Shown in pieces: positions 18,321-27,073 of a stretch of DNA of 64,000 bases. This DNA comes from an uncultured Alphaproteobacteria bacterium (GTDB lineage: Bacteria > Pseudomonadota > Alphaproteobacteria > UBA11222): assembly GCA_947085295.1 (NCBI GenBank), contig CAMTVX010000044.1, positions 3,269 through 67,268 of the forward strand, written 5' to 3'. The position numbers and the translations under genes are program-made. The first letter of the stretch is position 1. The number at the start of each line of letters is the position of its first letter. The notes under the pieces are model-generated. The model did not search any database, was not told the DNA's origin, and saw only the letters and a program-made list of their open reading frames with translations.

Positions 18321-19811
18321 ATGGGCGCACGCACAGGGGCACAATATATTGCGGGGCTGAAAGACGGGCGCCGTATTCATGTGAATGGCGAACTGGTGCG
18401 CGATGTGACGCAATATCCGGGCTTTCGCGGCGTGGTGGGCGAACTGGCGCGCCATTATGACCGGCATCATGATGCGGATCTGCGCGATGCGCTTACCTTT
18501 GCCTCGCCCAAAGACGGGGCGCGGGTCAGCAATTCCTTTCTGGCGGGCACGGACCGGGCCTTGATGGAGGCGCGGGTGGCGGGGGACCGGGCGCGTTCGC
18601 AGTATACGTATGGGCTGATGGGGCGGCTGCCGGATTTCATGAATGCCTGGGTTACCGATATGGCGATGGTCCCGCATGTGCTGGGTGCGCGCGACAAGAA
18701 ATTCGCTGATAACGCCACCGCCTATTATGAACATTGCCGCGACAAGGATGTGTGCATGACGCACACCCTGGTGGACCCGCAGATCGACCGCACCAAAGGC
18801 CCCGATGCGCAAGCCTCCATGCGGATTGTCAAGGAAACCAGCGCCGGGATTATCGTCAATGGCGCGCGCATGCTGTCCACGCTGGCCCCCGTCAGTGACG
18901 AATTGCTGGTTGGCCCGTTCATGCCGCGCAAGCCGGGCGAAGAGGCCTATTGCGCCGCCTTCGCCGTGCCGGTGGCCACCGAGGGGCTGCGCTTTGTCGC
19001 ACGTGAAACTTATGATCACGGGCGCAGTGCGTTTGACCGGCCTCTGTCCGGGCGCTTTGACGAAGGCGATGCGATTGCGTTTTTCGATCATGTCCTGATC
19101 CCGTGGGAGCGGGTGTTCGTGGCGGGCGATATCCGTGCCTATAATTCGCTGCTTGTCGCCTTTCCCGGTCATGTCGGTTTGCAGGCGGTCATTCGCGGCA
19201 CCGAGAAACTGCGCTTTATGACCGGGCTGGCCTGCAAGCTGGCCACGGTCAGCGGGCGCGATAAAATGCCCCGTTATCAGGAAATGCTGGGCGAACTGGT
19301 CGGCTATGTGCAGATCGCCGAAGGGCTGATCCTGGCTGCGGCCAACGAAACCCTGCGCCGCATTGAGGCCACAAAGGAATTGCTGGGCGGCAAGGCCGAT
19401 TACAGCCAGAGCTTTGAAGTGGCGCGCGGTGTGCATCCGTTCCACAGCTTTGTCGGCGGCGCGGCCATGCGGCAGTTTTTCCCGATGGTCAATACGATGG
19501 TCTGCGACGTGATCCGCCGGATTGGATCGAGCGGTTTTGTGATGACGCCAACCGAAGGCGATTTCGACAATGCGGAAATCGCGGCTTCATTGCAGGCCGT
19601 GCTGGCCGGGCCCGAAATGGAAGCCCGAAAAAAAGTGCGCCTGCAAAAGCTGGCCTGGGATGCCGTCGCCACCGAATTTGGCAGCCGCCAGGAACATTAC
19701 GAAATATTTTTCAGTGGCGATCCCTATGCCGTGCGCATCCAGCAGTTCGGCGCGCCGGAACGCGGGCGCTGCGAAGCGCTGGTCGAGAGGCTGCTGGGCG
19801 AGGGCGCTTAG
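18321..19811 (+). CDS. 4-hydroxyphenylacetate 3-hydroxylase family (HpaB-like) flavin-dependent oxygenase component
   Basis: RTGAQYIAGLKDGR, MGRLPDFMN, THTLVDPQIDR, GIIVNGARMLST, RFDEGDA..FDHVLIPWERVF, EFGSRQEHYE. Confidence 0.88.
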   Translation: MGARTGAQYIAGLKDGRRIHVNGELVRDVTQYPGFRGVVGELARHYDRHHDADLRDALTFASPKDGARVSNSFLAGTDRALMEARVAGDRARSQYTYGLMGRLPDFMNAWVTDMAMVPHVLGARDKKFADNATAYYEHCRDKDVCMTHTLVDPQIDRTKGPDAQASMRIVKETSAGIIVNGARMLSTLAPVSDELLVGPFMPRKPGEEAYCAAFAVPVATEGLRFVARETYDHGRSAFDRPLSGRFDEGDAIAFFDHVLIPWERVFVAGDIRAYNSLLVAFPGHVGLQAVIRGTEKLRFMTGLACKLATVSGRDKMPRYQEMLGELVGYVQIAEGLILAAANETLRRIEATKELLGGKADYSQSFEVARGVHPFHSFVGGAAMRQFFPMVNTMVCDVIRRIGSSGFVMTPTEGDFDNAEIAASLQAVLAGPEMEARKKVRLQKLAWDAVATEFGSRQEHYEIFFSGDPYAVRIQQFGAPERGRCEALVERLLGEGA

Positions 19812-19829
19812 CACCCCCTTTCACAGCCG

Positions 19830-20606
19830 CTATTCATGCCTGAATTTCGCCGGGCGTTTTTCCACGAACGCTGCCATGCCTTCGCTTTGGTCTTTTGTGG
19901 CGAATTGCGAATGGAACAAACGCCGCTCAAATCGCACCCCTTCGCTTAAGCTCACCTCATAGGCGCGGTTGATGGATTCCTTGGTCATCATGGCGATGGG
20001 CAGGGATTTCTCGGCGATGACGGCGGCGACTTTCAATGCCTCGTTTACCAGATCGGCGGCCGGAATAATGCGGCTGACCAGCCCGGCGCGTTCAGCCTCG
20101 ACCGCATCCATCATGCGCCCGGTCAGGCACATTTCCATGGCTTTGGATTTGCCGACAAAGCGGGTCAGGCGTTGCGTGCCGCCTGCGCCCGGCATGACGC
20201 CCAGATTGATTTCCGGCTGGCCGAATTTGGCGGTGTCGGCGGCCAGAATGAAATCACACATCATCGCCAGCTCACAGCCGCCGCCCAGCGCAAAGCCCGC
20301 AACAGCGGCAATCACCGGCTTGCGGGCGCGCGATGCGCGTTCCCAATTGGATGTGATGAAATCTTCCATGAACACGCCCATATAGGTTTTGGGCTGCATT
20401 TCCTTGATGTCCGCACCCGCAGCAAAGGCGCGCTCGCTGCCGGTGATGACCATGCAGCCAATACCGTTATCGGCCTCGAACGCGTCAATCGCCTGGGTCA
20501 GTTCATCCATCAGCGCCTTGCACAGCGCGTTCAGCGCGGCCGGCCGGTTCAGCCGGATCAGCCCGACGCGGCCATGGGTTTCGACGATGATATTTTCATA
20601 TGCCAT
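19830..20606 (-). CDS. Enoyl-CoA hydratase
   Basis: [43 protein letters not shown]; canonical neighbour of mutM. Confidence 0.95.
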   Translation of the reverse strand: MAYENIIVETHGRVGLIRLNRPAALNALCKALMDELTQAIDAFEADNGIGCMVITGSERAFAAGADIKEMQPKTYMGVFMEDFITSNWERASRARKPVIAAVAGFALGGGCELAMMCDFILAADTAKFGQPEINLGVMPGAGGTQRLTRFVGKSKAMEMCLTGRMMDAVEAERAGLVSRIIPAADLVNEALKVAAVIAEKSLPIAMMTKESINRAYEVSLSEGVRFERRLFHSQFATKDQSEGMAAFVEKRPAKFRHE

Positions 20607-20649
20607 GCGGATGCTCCTGTTTTGTTTAATGCTGTATAGCACGAAACTT

Positions 20650-20701
20650 TCAGCGCTGACAGCCGGGGCAGTATGAGATGAAATTCATCCAATTGCAGAA
20701 T
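20650..20701 (-). repeat. Relic copy of the mutM 3' end (attR-like), counterpart of 21379-21429
   Basis: Minus strand TTC ATC TCA TAC TGC CCC GGC TGT CAG CGC TGA = [10 protein letters not shown] vs mut[11 protein letters not shown]. 21/31 nt identical over 20650-20680 vs 21379-21409, plus ATTGCAGAAT (20692) vs ATTGCACAAT (21420) at 9/10. Confidence 0.8.
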
Positions 20702-21086
20702 CACGGATCACATTTTCCCGCAAAAAACCAATCAACCCCGTTTCATCCAATGTGCCCGCTGCAAGGTTCAGTATTGCCTGTGCGGCGTTTTCTTCGCTGG
20801 CGGTAAAGCGCAAGCCGTTCAGTTCCAAAAACAAAACGCCCACCACAAAGCCGGTGCGTTTATTGCCATCGACAAAGGGGTGATTGCGCACAATGCCCGC
20901 AATATAGGCGGCGGCCAGATCAATCCTGTCGGCGGTTTCAGCGTAAGCAAATATCTGCTGTGGCCGGGCGAGTGCGGATTTCAGCAATCCCCCATCGCGC
21001 AATCCCACCGCGCCGCCAAACACTGCGAGCAGCCGGTCATGCAACGCCAGCGCGTCGCATTCCTCAATCCAGACCGGCGCGCTCAT
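20685..21086 (-). CDS. Death-on-curing (Doc/Fic) toxin
   Basis: G.RDGGLLKSALARP, HPFVDGNKRTG Doc motif. Confidence 0.92.
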   Translation of the reverse strand: MSAPVWIEECDALALHDRLLAVFGGAVGLRDGGLLKSALARPQQIFAYAETADRIDLAAAYIAGIVRNHPFVDGNKRTGFVVGVLFLELNGLRFTASEENAAQAILNLAAGTLDETGLIGFLRENVIRDSAIG

Positions 21087-21310
21087 TTGGCCAGGGTATG
21101 CAGCGTGTTGCGATAGCGATCAATAATGTCTTCGGCCTTTGCCATTTTCTGCTCGAACGCCGGATCATAGGGGGTCAGCCGGTAGGTTCCATCCGCCGCC
21201 TCGATCAGGAACAGCGGCGCACCGTCTTTGGTGTGCAGCCGGTTGATAACTTCCCTGGGCAGCACGACGCCCAGCGAGTTGCCGAATTTGCGAACCTTGA
21301 GCTCAATCAT
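21083..21310 (-). CDS. AbrB/MazE-family antitoxin
   Basis: LKVRKFGNSLGVVLPREVI swapped-hairpin signature; ATGA overlap with doc. Confidence 0.9.
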   Translation of the reverse strand: MIELKVRKFGNSLGVVLPREVINRLHTKDGAPLFLIEAADGTYRLTPYDPAFEQKMAKAEDIIDRYRNTLHTLAK

Positions 21311-21325
21311 GACGCCTCTCCCATT

Positions 21326-21349
21326 ACGTTATCACCAATGTAATAACAT
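21326..21349. promoter_or_regulatory. Palindromic operator upstream of the antitoxin (autoregulation)
   Basis: ACGTTATCAC-CAAT-GTAATAACAT, 8 of 10 arm positions complementary, directly upstream of the AbrB RBS. Confidence 0.55.
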
Positions 21350-21378
21350 TCGGGGTGGAATGCAAGAGAAACTGGCCC

Positions 21379-22191
21379 CTATCGCTGACAGGTGGCGCAG
21401 AAGAAGCTGGAGCGGCCGGATTGCACAATGCGGGTGATGGGTTTTTGGCAAGCCTTGCAGGGCTGCCCTTCGCGACCGTAAACATCAAAACCGTGCTGGA
21501 AATACCCCAGACTGCCATCGGCGGCGGCGTAATCGCGCAGGGTGGAGCCGCCCGCCGCAATGGCGTCCGTCAGCACTGCCCGAATGGCCTGCGATAATTT
21601 TTCCGCCCGTGCACCCTTTAGCGTACCGGCCAGACGGCGCGGCGACAGCCCGGCGCGAAACAGCGCCTCGCACACATAAATATTGCCAAGCCCGGCGATC
21701 AGGCGCTGATCGAGCAGCGCCGCCTTGAGAGGTGTGCGCCGCCCGGCAAACTTGTCCGCCAGATGCGCGCCGCTAAGTTCATTGCCCAATGGTTCAATGC
21801 CCAGACCAGACAGAAAACGGTTTTGCGCAAGCGCGTCCGGCGCGATCAGTTCCATAAACCCAAACCGACGCGGATCACTATACACCAGCCGCACACCGTC
21901 GCTAAGGTGAAGCACCACATGGTCATGCAGTTTGGGTTCAGGATCAAAACTATAGCGCCCGGTCATGCCCAGGTGTGAGAGCAGGACGCCGCCCCCCTCC
22001 AGCGCGATCAGCAGATATTTCGCCCGCCGGTCCACCCCCACAATGGTCTGCCCGGTGAGCGCGTGCGCAAAGCCATCGCCAAACGCAAACCGCAAATCCG
22101 GGCGGTTAAGATCAACCCGCAATATCCGCCGCCCGGTCAGGCGCGGCGCTAATCCCCGGCGGATGGTTTCAACTTCAGGTAATTCAGGCAT
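21379..22191 (-). CDS. mutM: Formamidopyrimidine-DNA glycosylase
   Basis: [41 protein letters not shown]-terminal zinc finger. Confidence 0.98.
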   Translation of the reverse strand: MPELPEVETIRRGLAPRLTGRRILRVDLNRPDLRFAFGDGFAHALTGQTIVGVDRRAKYLLIALEGGGVLLSHLGMTGRYSFDPEPKLHDHVVLHLSDGVRLVYSDPRRFGFMELIAPDALAQNRFLSGLGIEPLGNELSGAHLADKFAGRRTPLKAALLDQRLIAGLGNIYVCEALFRAGLSPRRLAGTLKGARAEKLSQAIRAVLTDAIAAGGSTLRDYAAADGSLGYFQHGFDVYGREGQPCKACQKPITRIVQSGRSSFFCATCQR

Positions 22192-22274
22192 GGGCTGTTG
22201 TAGCGCAAGCTTGACGGTTGAGCTATAGTCTGGACAGATCGAAGGTCGGAGAAGTTTTAAGGGCTAAGTCTACA

Positions 22275-22487
22275 ATGGCGAAGAAACAAAAATTCTCGGC
22301 AAGCGTCTGGCGCGAAGGCAAATGGCATATCGCCCAGTGCCTCGAGGTCGATGTCGTCAGTCAGGGGACGAGTGAGTCGGCTGCGCTGAAAAACCTGGCT
22401 GACGCGCTGGCGCTGCACTTTAGTCCGCCGATGGCCACCCGGGCGCCGAGAGTGCTGCCGATAGAGGTTAAGGCGCGTGCCGCTTAA
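22275..22487 (+). CDS. HicB-family antitoxin (short, no DNA-binding domain)
   Basis: VWREGKWHIAQCLEVDVVSQGTSESAALKNLADALALH HicB-like fold; overlaps the hicA start. Confidence 0.8.
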   Translation: MAKKQKFSASVWREGKWHIAQCLEVDVVSQGTSESAALKNLADALALHFSPPMATRAPRVLPIEVKARAA

Positions 22488-22698
22488 AAGCCTGCCGTTC
22501 CGGGAAATCCGGCGAAGGTTATTAGCAGCGGGATGGACCGAGGCCGGACAGACCGGCAGTCACGTAAAATTCGCCCGGCGTGTTGGGAATGGTTTACGCA
22601 CCACCATTGTACCCAAACATCGTGAAGTAGCGCTTGGCACACTACGTGGCATTCTGCGGCAGGCCTGAATCAGCCCCGACGATTTTGAACGGCTGTAA
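22477..22698 (+). pseudogene. HicA-family toxin with an in-frame TGA at 22666-22668
   Basis: GWTEAGQTGSHVKF...VPKHREVALGTLRGILRQA*ISPDDFERL*; the frame continues in HicA-like fashion to TAA 22696-22698. Confidence 0.78.
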
Positions 22699-22736
22699 AA
22701 AAGCTGGAATAACAGCAGGGCCGTCTCCCTCTCGTA

Positions 22737-24365
22737 TCAGCGCAACTCAAACCCCTCATAGCCCTTCGCCGCCACGTCCGCCAATATTTCGCGGTATGCC
22801 ACATTGCCGCCCGCCCAGATCTGGAAGGTGCGGGCTTTGCCCGGCACGTTGGATCCGGTGTACCAGCTATCGGTTTTGGCGAGTAATGTGGCGTCGGCTA
22901 CTTCGGCGACATGCTTGACCCAATCATCTTCCGCGGTCTTGCTGGGCTGGGTGCGGGCCAATTGATTGTCGCGCATATGGCGGATGAGATCGGTTACCCA
23001 TTCGACATTCAGTTCCGCGCAACGCGGAATATTGCACAGCGCCGAATTGCCCTGCGGGCCGACCAGCGTGAACAGATTGGGAAAGCCCGCACTTTGCAGG
23101 CCCAGATAGCTGCGTGGGCCGTTGGCCCATTTGTCTTTCAGTTTTACGCCGTTCTCGCCGCTAATATCGATGCGCGTAATGCCGCCGGTTACCGCGTCAA
23201 ACCCGGTGGCGTAGATGATCATGTCGAGTTCATATTCGTGATCGCTGGTCTTGATGCCCGTTGGCGTGATGCGCGCAATCGGGGTTTCGCTGATATCCAC
23301 GAGGGTCACATTGGGCTGATTGTACACCTCGTAATATCTGGTCTCCAGCGGCACGCGGCGGGTGCCGAAGCCATGATCTTTCGGAATAAGTTTTTCTGCG
23401 ATTTTGGGATCTCTGACGCGGCTACGGATTTTGCGGGCGACAAAGTCAGAGATCAGATCATTGGCTTTCTGGTTGGTGAGAATATCCCCAAACGCGCCCA
23501 GCCACAGGCTGAACCCAGGCCCCGGATACAGCTTTTCAAACAGCGCCTCGCGTTCTTCAGCCGATACTTCAAGCGCGGATCGCGGGTCGGAATCATGCAC
23601 CATGCTGGCGAAAGAGGTTTTGCATTTATTGAACATTTCCGGATAGCTGGCCTTGATTTTGGCCTGTTCTTGCGCGCTGATAGGGCCGTTGCCGAGTGGC
23701 GAGCACCAGTTGGGCCGACGCTGAAACACGCTCAGATGCCCGGCGGTTTTGGCGACTTCCTGAATCACCTGCACGCCGGTGGCGCCGGTGCCGATAATGC
23801 CCACACGTTTGCCCGCATAGCCCACATCCGCGCCACCCCATCCTTTAGGGTCGGCTGGCCAGTTGAAGGTGTGAAACGCGGTTCCCTTGAAGGTTTCCAT
23901 GCCGGGAATTTGGGGCATCATCGGCGCAGATAGCGGCCCCAGCGCCGTGATCAGATAACGTGCGCGGGCGCGCTCACCGGTGTCGGCTTCAACCTCCCAG
24001 CAATTGGCGGCGGCGTCAAAACTTGCAGCGCGCACCCGCGTGTTAAACTGGATGTCCTTACGCAGATCGAATTTATCCGCAACATGATTGAGATAACGCA
24101 GGGTTTCCGGCTGCGGCGAATAATGCTCGCTCCAGTCCCATTCCTGCAAGAGTTCCTTCGAAAACGAATAGGCATAGGATTCGCTCTCAGAATCAAAACG
24201 GCATCCCGGATAACGGTTCCAGAACCAGGTGCCACCCACGCCGCTGGCCGCCTCGATCACCCGCACCGACAGCCCCAATTCGCGCAGCCGGTAAAGCTGA
24301 TACAGGCCGGTAACGCCTGCGCCGATGATGATGGCGTCATAATGTTGGGCTGCGGTGCTGGACAT
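22737..24365 (-). CDS. Baeyer-Villiger monooxygenase (type I flavoprotein)
   Basis: GAGVTG and GTGATG Rossmann motifs, GGTWFWNRYPGCRFD, fingerprint FKGTAFHTFNWP (FxGxxxHxxxWP), ATGFDA. Confidence 0.93.
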   Translation of the reverse strand: MSSTAAQHYDAIIIGAGVTGLYQLYRLRELGLSVRVIEAASGVGGTWFWNRYPGCRFDSESESYAYSFSKELLQEWDWSEHYSPQPETLRYLNHVADKFDLRKDIQFNTRVRAASFDAAANCWEVEADTGERARARYLITALGPLSAPMMPQIPGMETFKGTAFHTFNWPADPKGWGGADVGYAGKRVGIIGTGATGVQVIQEVAKTAGHLSVFQRRPNWCSPLGNGPISAQEQAKIKASYPEMFNKCKTSFASMVHDSDPRSALEVSAEEREALFEKLYPGPGFSLWLGAFGDILTNQKANDLISDFVARKIRSRVRDPKIAEKLIPKDHGFGTRRVPLETRYYEVYNQPNVTLVDISETPIARITPTGIKTSDHEYELDMIIYATGFDAVTGGITRIDISGENGVKLKDKWANGPRSYLGLQSAGFPNLFTLVGPQGNSALCNIPRCAELNVEWVTDLIRHMRDNQLARTQPSKTAEDDWVKHVAEVADATLLAKTDSWYTGSNVPGKARTFQIWAGGNVAYREILADVAAKGYEGFELR

Positions 24366-24435
24366 GAAATTTCCTCTTTGGGGTGGAATGAACTGAGCAG
24401 TTCAATCTAAAGCGATCTTGCGCTATGGTCCAGAC

Positions 24436-25167
24436 ATGACATCAACCACACATTTTGGCTTCAGAGAAGTTCCCGAGGGCGACAAGCAGCGCCTGGTGGG
24501 CGGCGTGTTTGATGCAGTTGCGTCGCGTTATGATCTGATGAATGACGTGCTGTCGGGGGGTATGCACCGGCTGTGGAAGGCCGCGATGGTCGATTGGTTG
24601 CGCCCGCGCGCGGGAATGCGGTTGATTGATGTGGCGGGCGGCACCGGCGATATTGCGGGCCGGGTGCTGGAGCGGGTGCATAGACAGGCCGATATTACCG
24701 TGTGCGATATTAATGTCAGTATGCTGACGCAAGGGCGCAAACGCGCGCCCGATGCTCCCATTCACTGGCTGGCGGGGGATGCGGAGGCGCTACCCTGCCC
24801 GGATCGGTCGTTTGACGCCTATACGATTGCCTTTGGCATTCGCAATGTCACGCATATCGACGCGGCGCTGCGTGAGGCGCATCGGGTGCTGAAACCGGGC
24901 GGGCGGTTTTTGTGCCTCGAATTTTCTTCCGTAAACATGCCGGGGCTGGACACGCTGTATGATTTATATTCGTTCAAACTGATGCCGTTACTGGGCGGGT
25001 TAGTCGGCGGCAACCGGGAGGCGTATCAATATCTGGCGGAAAGCATCCGGCAATTTCCCGATCAGCAGAAATTTGCCGGCATGATTGCCGATGCGGGGTT
25101 TTCACAGGTGGCGTTCCGCAATCAATCGGCGGGCATTGCCGCCATTCATTCCGGCTGGCGGATATAA
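24436..25167 (+). CDS. ubiE: Ubiquinone/menaquinone C-methyltransferase
   Basis: [54 protein letters not shown]. Confidence 0.96.
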   Translation: MTSTTHFGFREVPEGDKQRLVGGVFDAVASRYDLMNDVLSGGMHRLWKAAMVDWLRPRAGMRLIDVAGGTGDIAGRVLERVHRQADITVCDINVSMLTQGRKRAPDAPIHWLAGDAEALPCPDRSFDAYTIAFGIRNVTHIDAALREAHRVLKPGGRFLCLEFSSVNMPGLDTLYDLYSFKLMPLLGGLVGGNREAYQYLAESIRQFPDQQKFAGMIADAGFSQVAFRNQSAGIAAIHSGWRI

Positions 25168-25175
25168 GCGCGCAG

Positions 25176-26774
25176 ATGTTTGATCCCATTGCCGCATTTG
25201 ACAACAGTCTACGCCTGATCCGGGCGGCGCGTGTGCTGGCGCGCCATGACGCGCTGTTTGCATTTACAGATATGCCTGCGCCACCGCTGGCGATCCGCAT
25301 TGCGTACGGGCTGGCCAGATTGCGCATGCCGTGGGAGCCGCGTATTCCAGCGATTGACAGCGCGCGCCCCGGAGAGCGTCTTGCCGATGCGCTACAGCAA
25401 CTGGGTCCAAGCTATATCAAGCTGGGGCAGATGCTGGCGACGCGCCCGGATGTCATCGGCGATCAGTTGGCGCGCGATCTGATGCGCCTGCAGGACCGGC
25501 TGCCGCCCTTTGCACAGACGCTGGCAGAGGCCATGATTGCGCAGGAACTGGGCGGCGCGCCTGGCGATCATTATGTTGATTTCGGCCCGGCCATTGCAGC
25601 GGCATCTATCGCGCAGGTGCATCAGGCGGGCGTGGCGGATAAGACGGGTACGGACGATACACAAACCATCAAACAGGTGGCGGTAAAAATTCTGCGTCCC
25701 GGTGTGGAAGATGCCTTTGCCCGCGATCTGGAAAGTTTTTTGTGGGCAGCGCAGTTGATCGAACGCACCCAGCCTGGATTGCACCGTTTGCGGCTGACTG
25801 AAGTGGTGCGCATTCTGGCCGAAAGCGTCGCGCTTGAAATGGATTTACGCTACGAGGCGGCGGCGGCATCCGAGCTGGCCGAAAACATGTCGGCGGAAAT
25901 AGCGGCCGGTGAATTTCGCGTACCCGCCATTGACTGGCGGCGCACGGCGCGCCGGGTGCTGACGCTGGAATGGATGGATGGCATTTCCATTGGTGATAAT
26001 GCAGCGCTGGTTGCAGCGGGCCATGATCTGAAAGCCTTGGCCGCGCGCGTGATCACCCTGTTCCTGAAACAGGCCATGCGCGACGGATTTTTTCACGCAG
26101 ACATGCATCAGGGCAATCTGTTTGTGGCGCGGGATGGCGCCATTATTGCGGTTGATTTCGGCATTATGGGGCGGCTCGATCCGCGCAGCCGCCGCTATCT
26201 GGCGGAAATTCTGTATGGTTTGGTGCGCCGGGATTATCGCCGGGTGGCCGAACTGCATTTCGAAGCTGGTTTTGTTACGCGCGACAAATCGGTGGATGCG
26301 TTTGCCCAGGCGCTGCGCTCGGTGGGCGAGCCGATCTTTGGCCTGCGCGCCAGTGAAATTTCCATGAGCCGCCTGCTGGCGCAACTGTTCCGCGTGACCG
26401 AAACTTTTGCCATGCGCACCCAGCCGCAATTGCTGCTGCTGCAAAAAACCATGGTCGTGGTGGAAGGCGTGGCGCGCGGCTTAAACCCGGATGTGGATTT
26501 CTGGGAAGTTTCAGAACCCGTGATCAAGGAATGGATCAGCGATCATCTGGGCCCAGAAGCGCGCCTGATGGAAGCAGCCGAAGGCGCGGCCGCGCTGGCC
26601 CGCGCCCTGCCAAACCTGCCACATCTGATCGAACGCGCCGAACGCGCCGCCGCCCGGTTTTACGGCGAAGAAACCCGCGATGAAGATCACCCGCCCGCAA
26701 ACAACCGCTTCGCCAATACCGGCTGGTGGGTTGCAGGCGCGGCGATCATAGCATTGTTGTTAAGCTGGGTTTAA
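25176..26774 (+). CDS. ubiB: Ubiquinone biosynthesis kinase-like protein
   Basis: LGPSYIKLGQMLATRPD, AAASIAQVH, VAVKILRPG, FFHADMHQGN, DFGIMG. Confidence 0.96.
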   Translation: MFDPIAAFDNSLRLIRAARVLARHDALFAFTDMPAPPLAIRIAYGLARLRMPWEPRIPAIDSARPGERLADALQQLGPSYIKLGQMLATRPDVIGDQLARDLMRLQDRLPPFAQTLAEAMIAQELGGAPGDHYVDFGPAIAAASIAQVHQAGVADKTGTDDTQTIKQVAVKILRPGVEDAFARDLESFLWAAQLIERTQPGLHRLRLTEVVRILAESVALEMDLRYEAAAASELAENMSAEIAAGEFRVPAIDWRRTARRVLTLEWMDGISIGDNAALVAAGHDLKALAARVITLFLKQAMRDGFFHADMHQGNLFVARDGAIIAVDFGIMGRLDPRSRRYLAEILYGLVRRDYRRVAELHFEAGFVTRDKSVDAFAQALRSVGEPIFGLRASEISMSRLLAQLFRVTETFAMRTQPQLLLLQKTMVVVEGVARGLNPDVDFWEVSEPVIKEWISDHLGPEARLMEAAEGAAALARALPNLPHLIERAERAAARFYGEETRDEDHPPANNRFANTGWWVAGAAIIALLLSWV

Positions 26775-26818
26775 GGTGATATCGCTAATGCTGATATTCT
26801 AAAACAGGGAGTGCGACA

Positions 26819-27037
26819 ATGGCCGAGCGTAAATCTGCGCTTAAACGGGCTCCGGATCGTCCTGAACTTCAGCGGTTGTTAGCGCAAGCCAGGACAGCGG
26901 TTATCACCGACGAGATGCTTCAGGAACAGCGGGTAAGCTTTGTGTATGGCAATGCGCCTGTCGGATCAGGGACTACCAGGGAATCAGCGCGGCGGGCAAC
27001 CAAGAGCATTCTTCTAAATCCACCTGAAATGACATAA
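26819..27037 (+). CDS. Small protein upstream of Fic; possible antitoxin
   Basis: 72 aa with GGAG RBS; contains EQRVSFVYGN. Function inferred from position only. Confidence 0.5.
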   Translation: MAERKSALKRAPDRPELQRLLAQARTAVITDEMLQEQRVSFVYGNAPVGSGTTRESARRATKSILLNPPEMT

Positions 27038-27073
27038 CGGAAGGGAGAAGCGGTAAAACACCGGGTTCGTTCC

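Noticed and set aside
16932-19830. Terminal duplication around the CoA-transferase/HpaB block
   Set aside because: I compared the xerC and enoyl-CoA hydratase ends with both flanks and saw no repeat.
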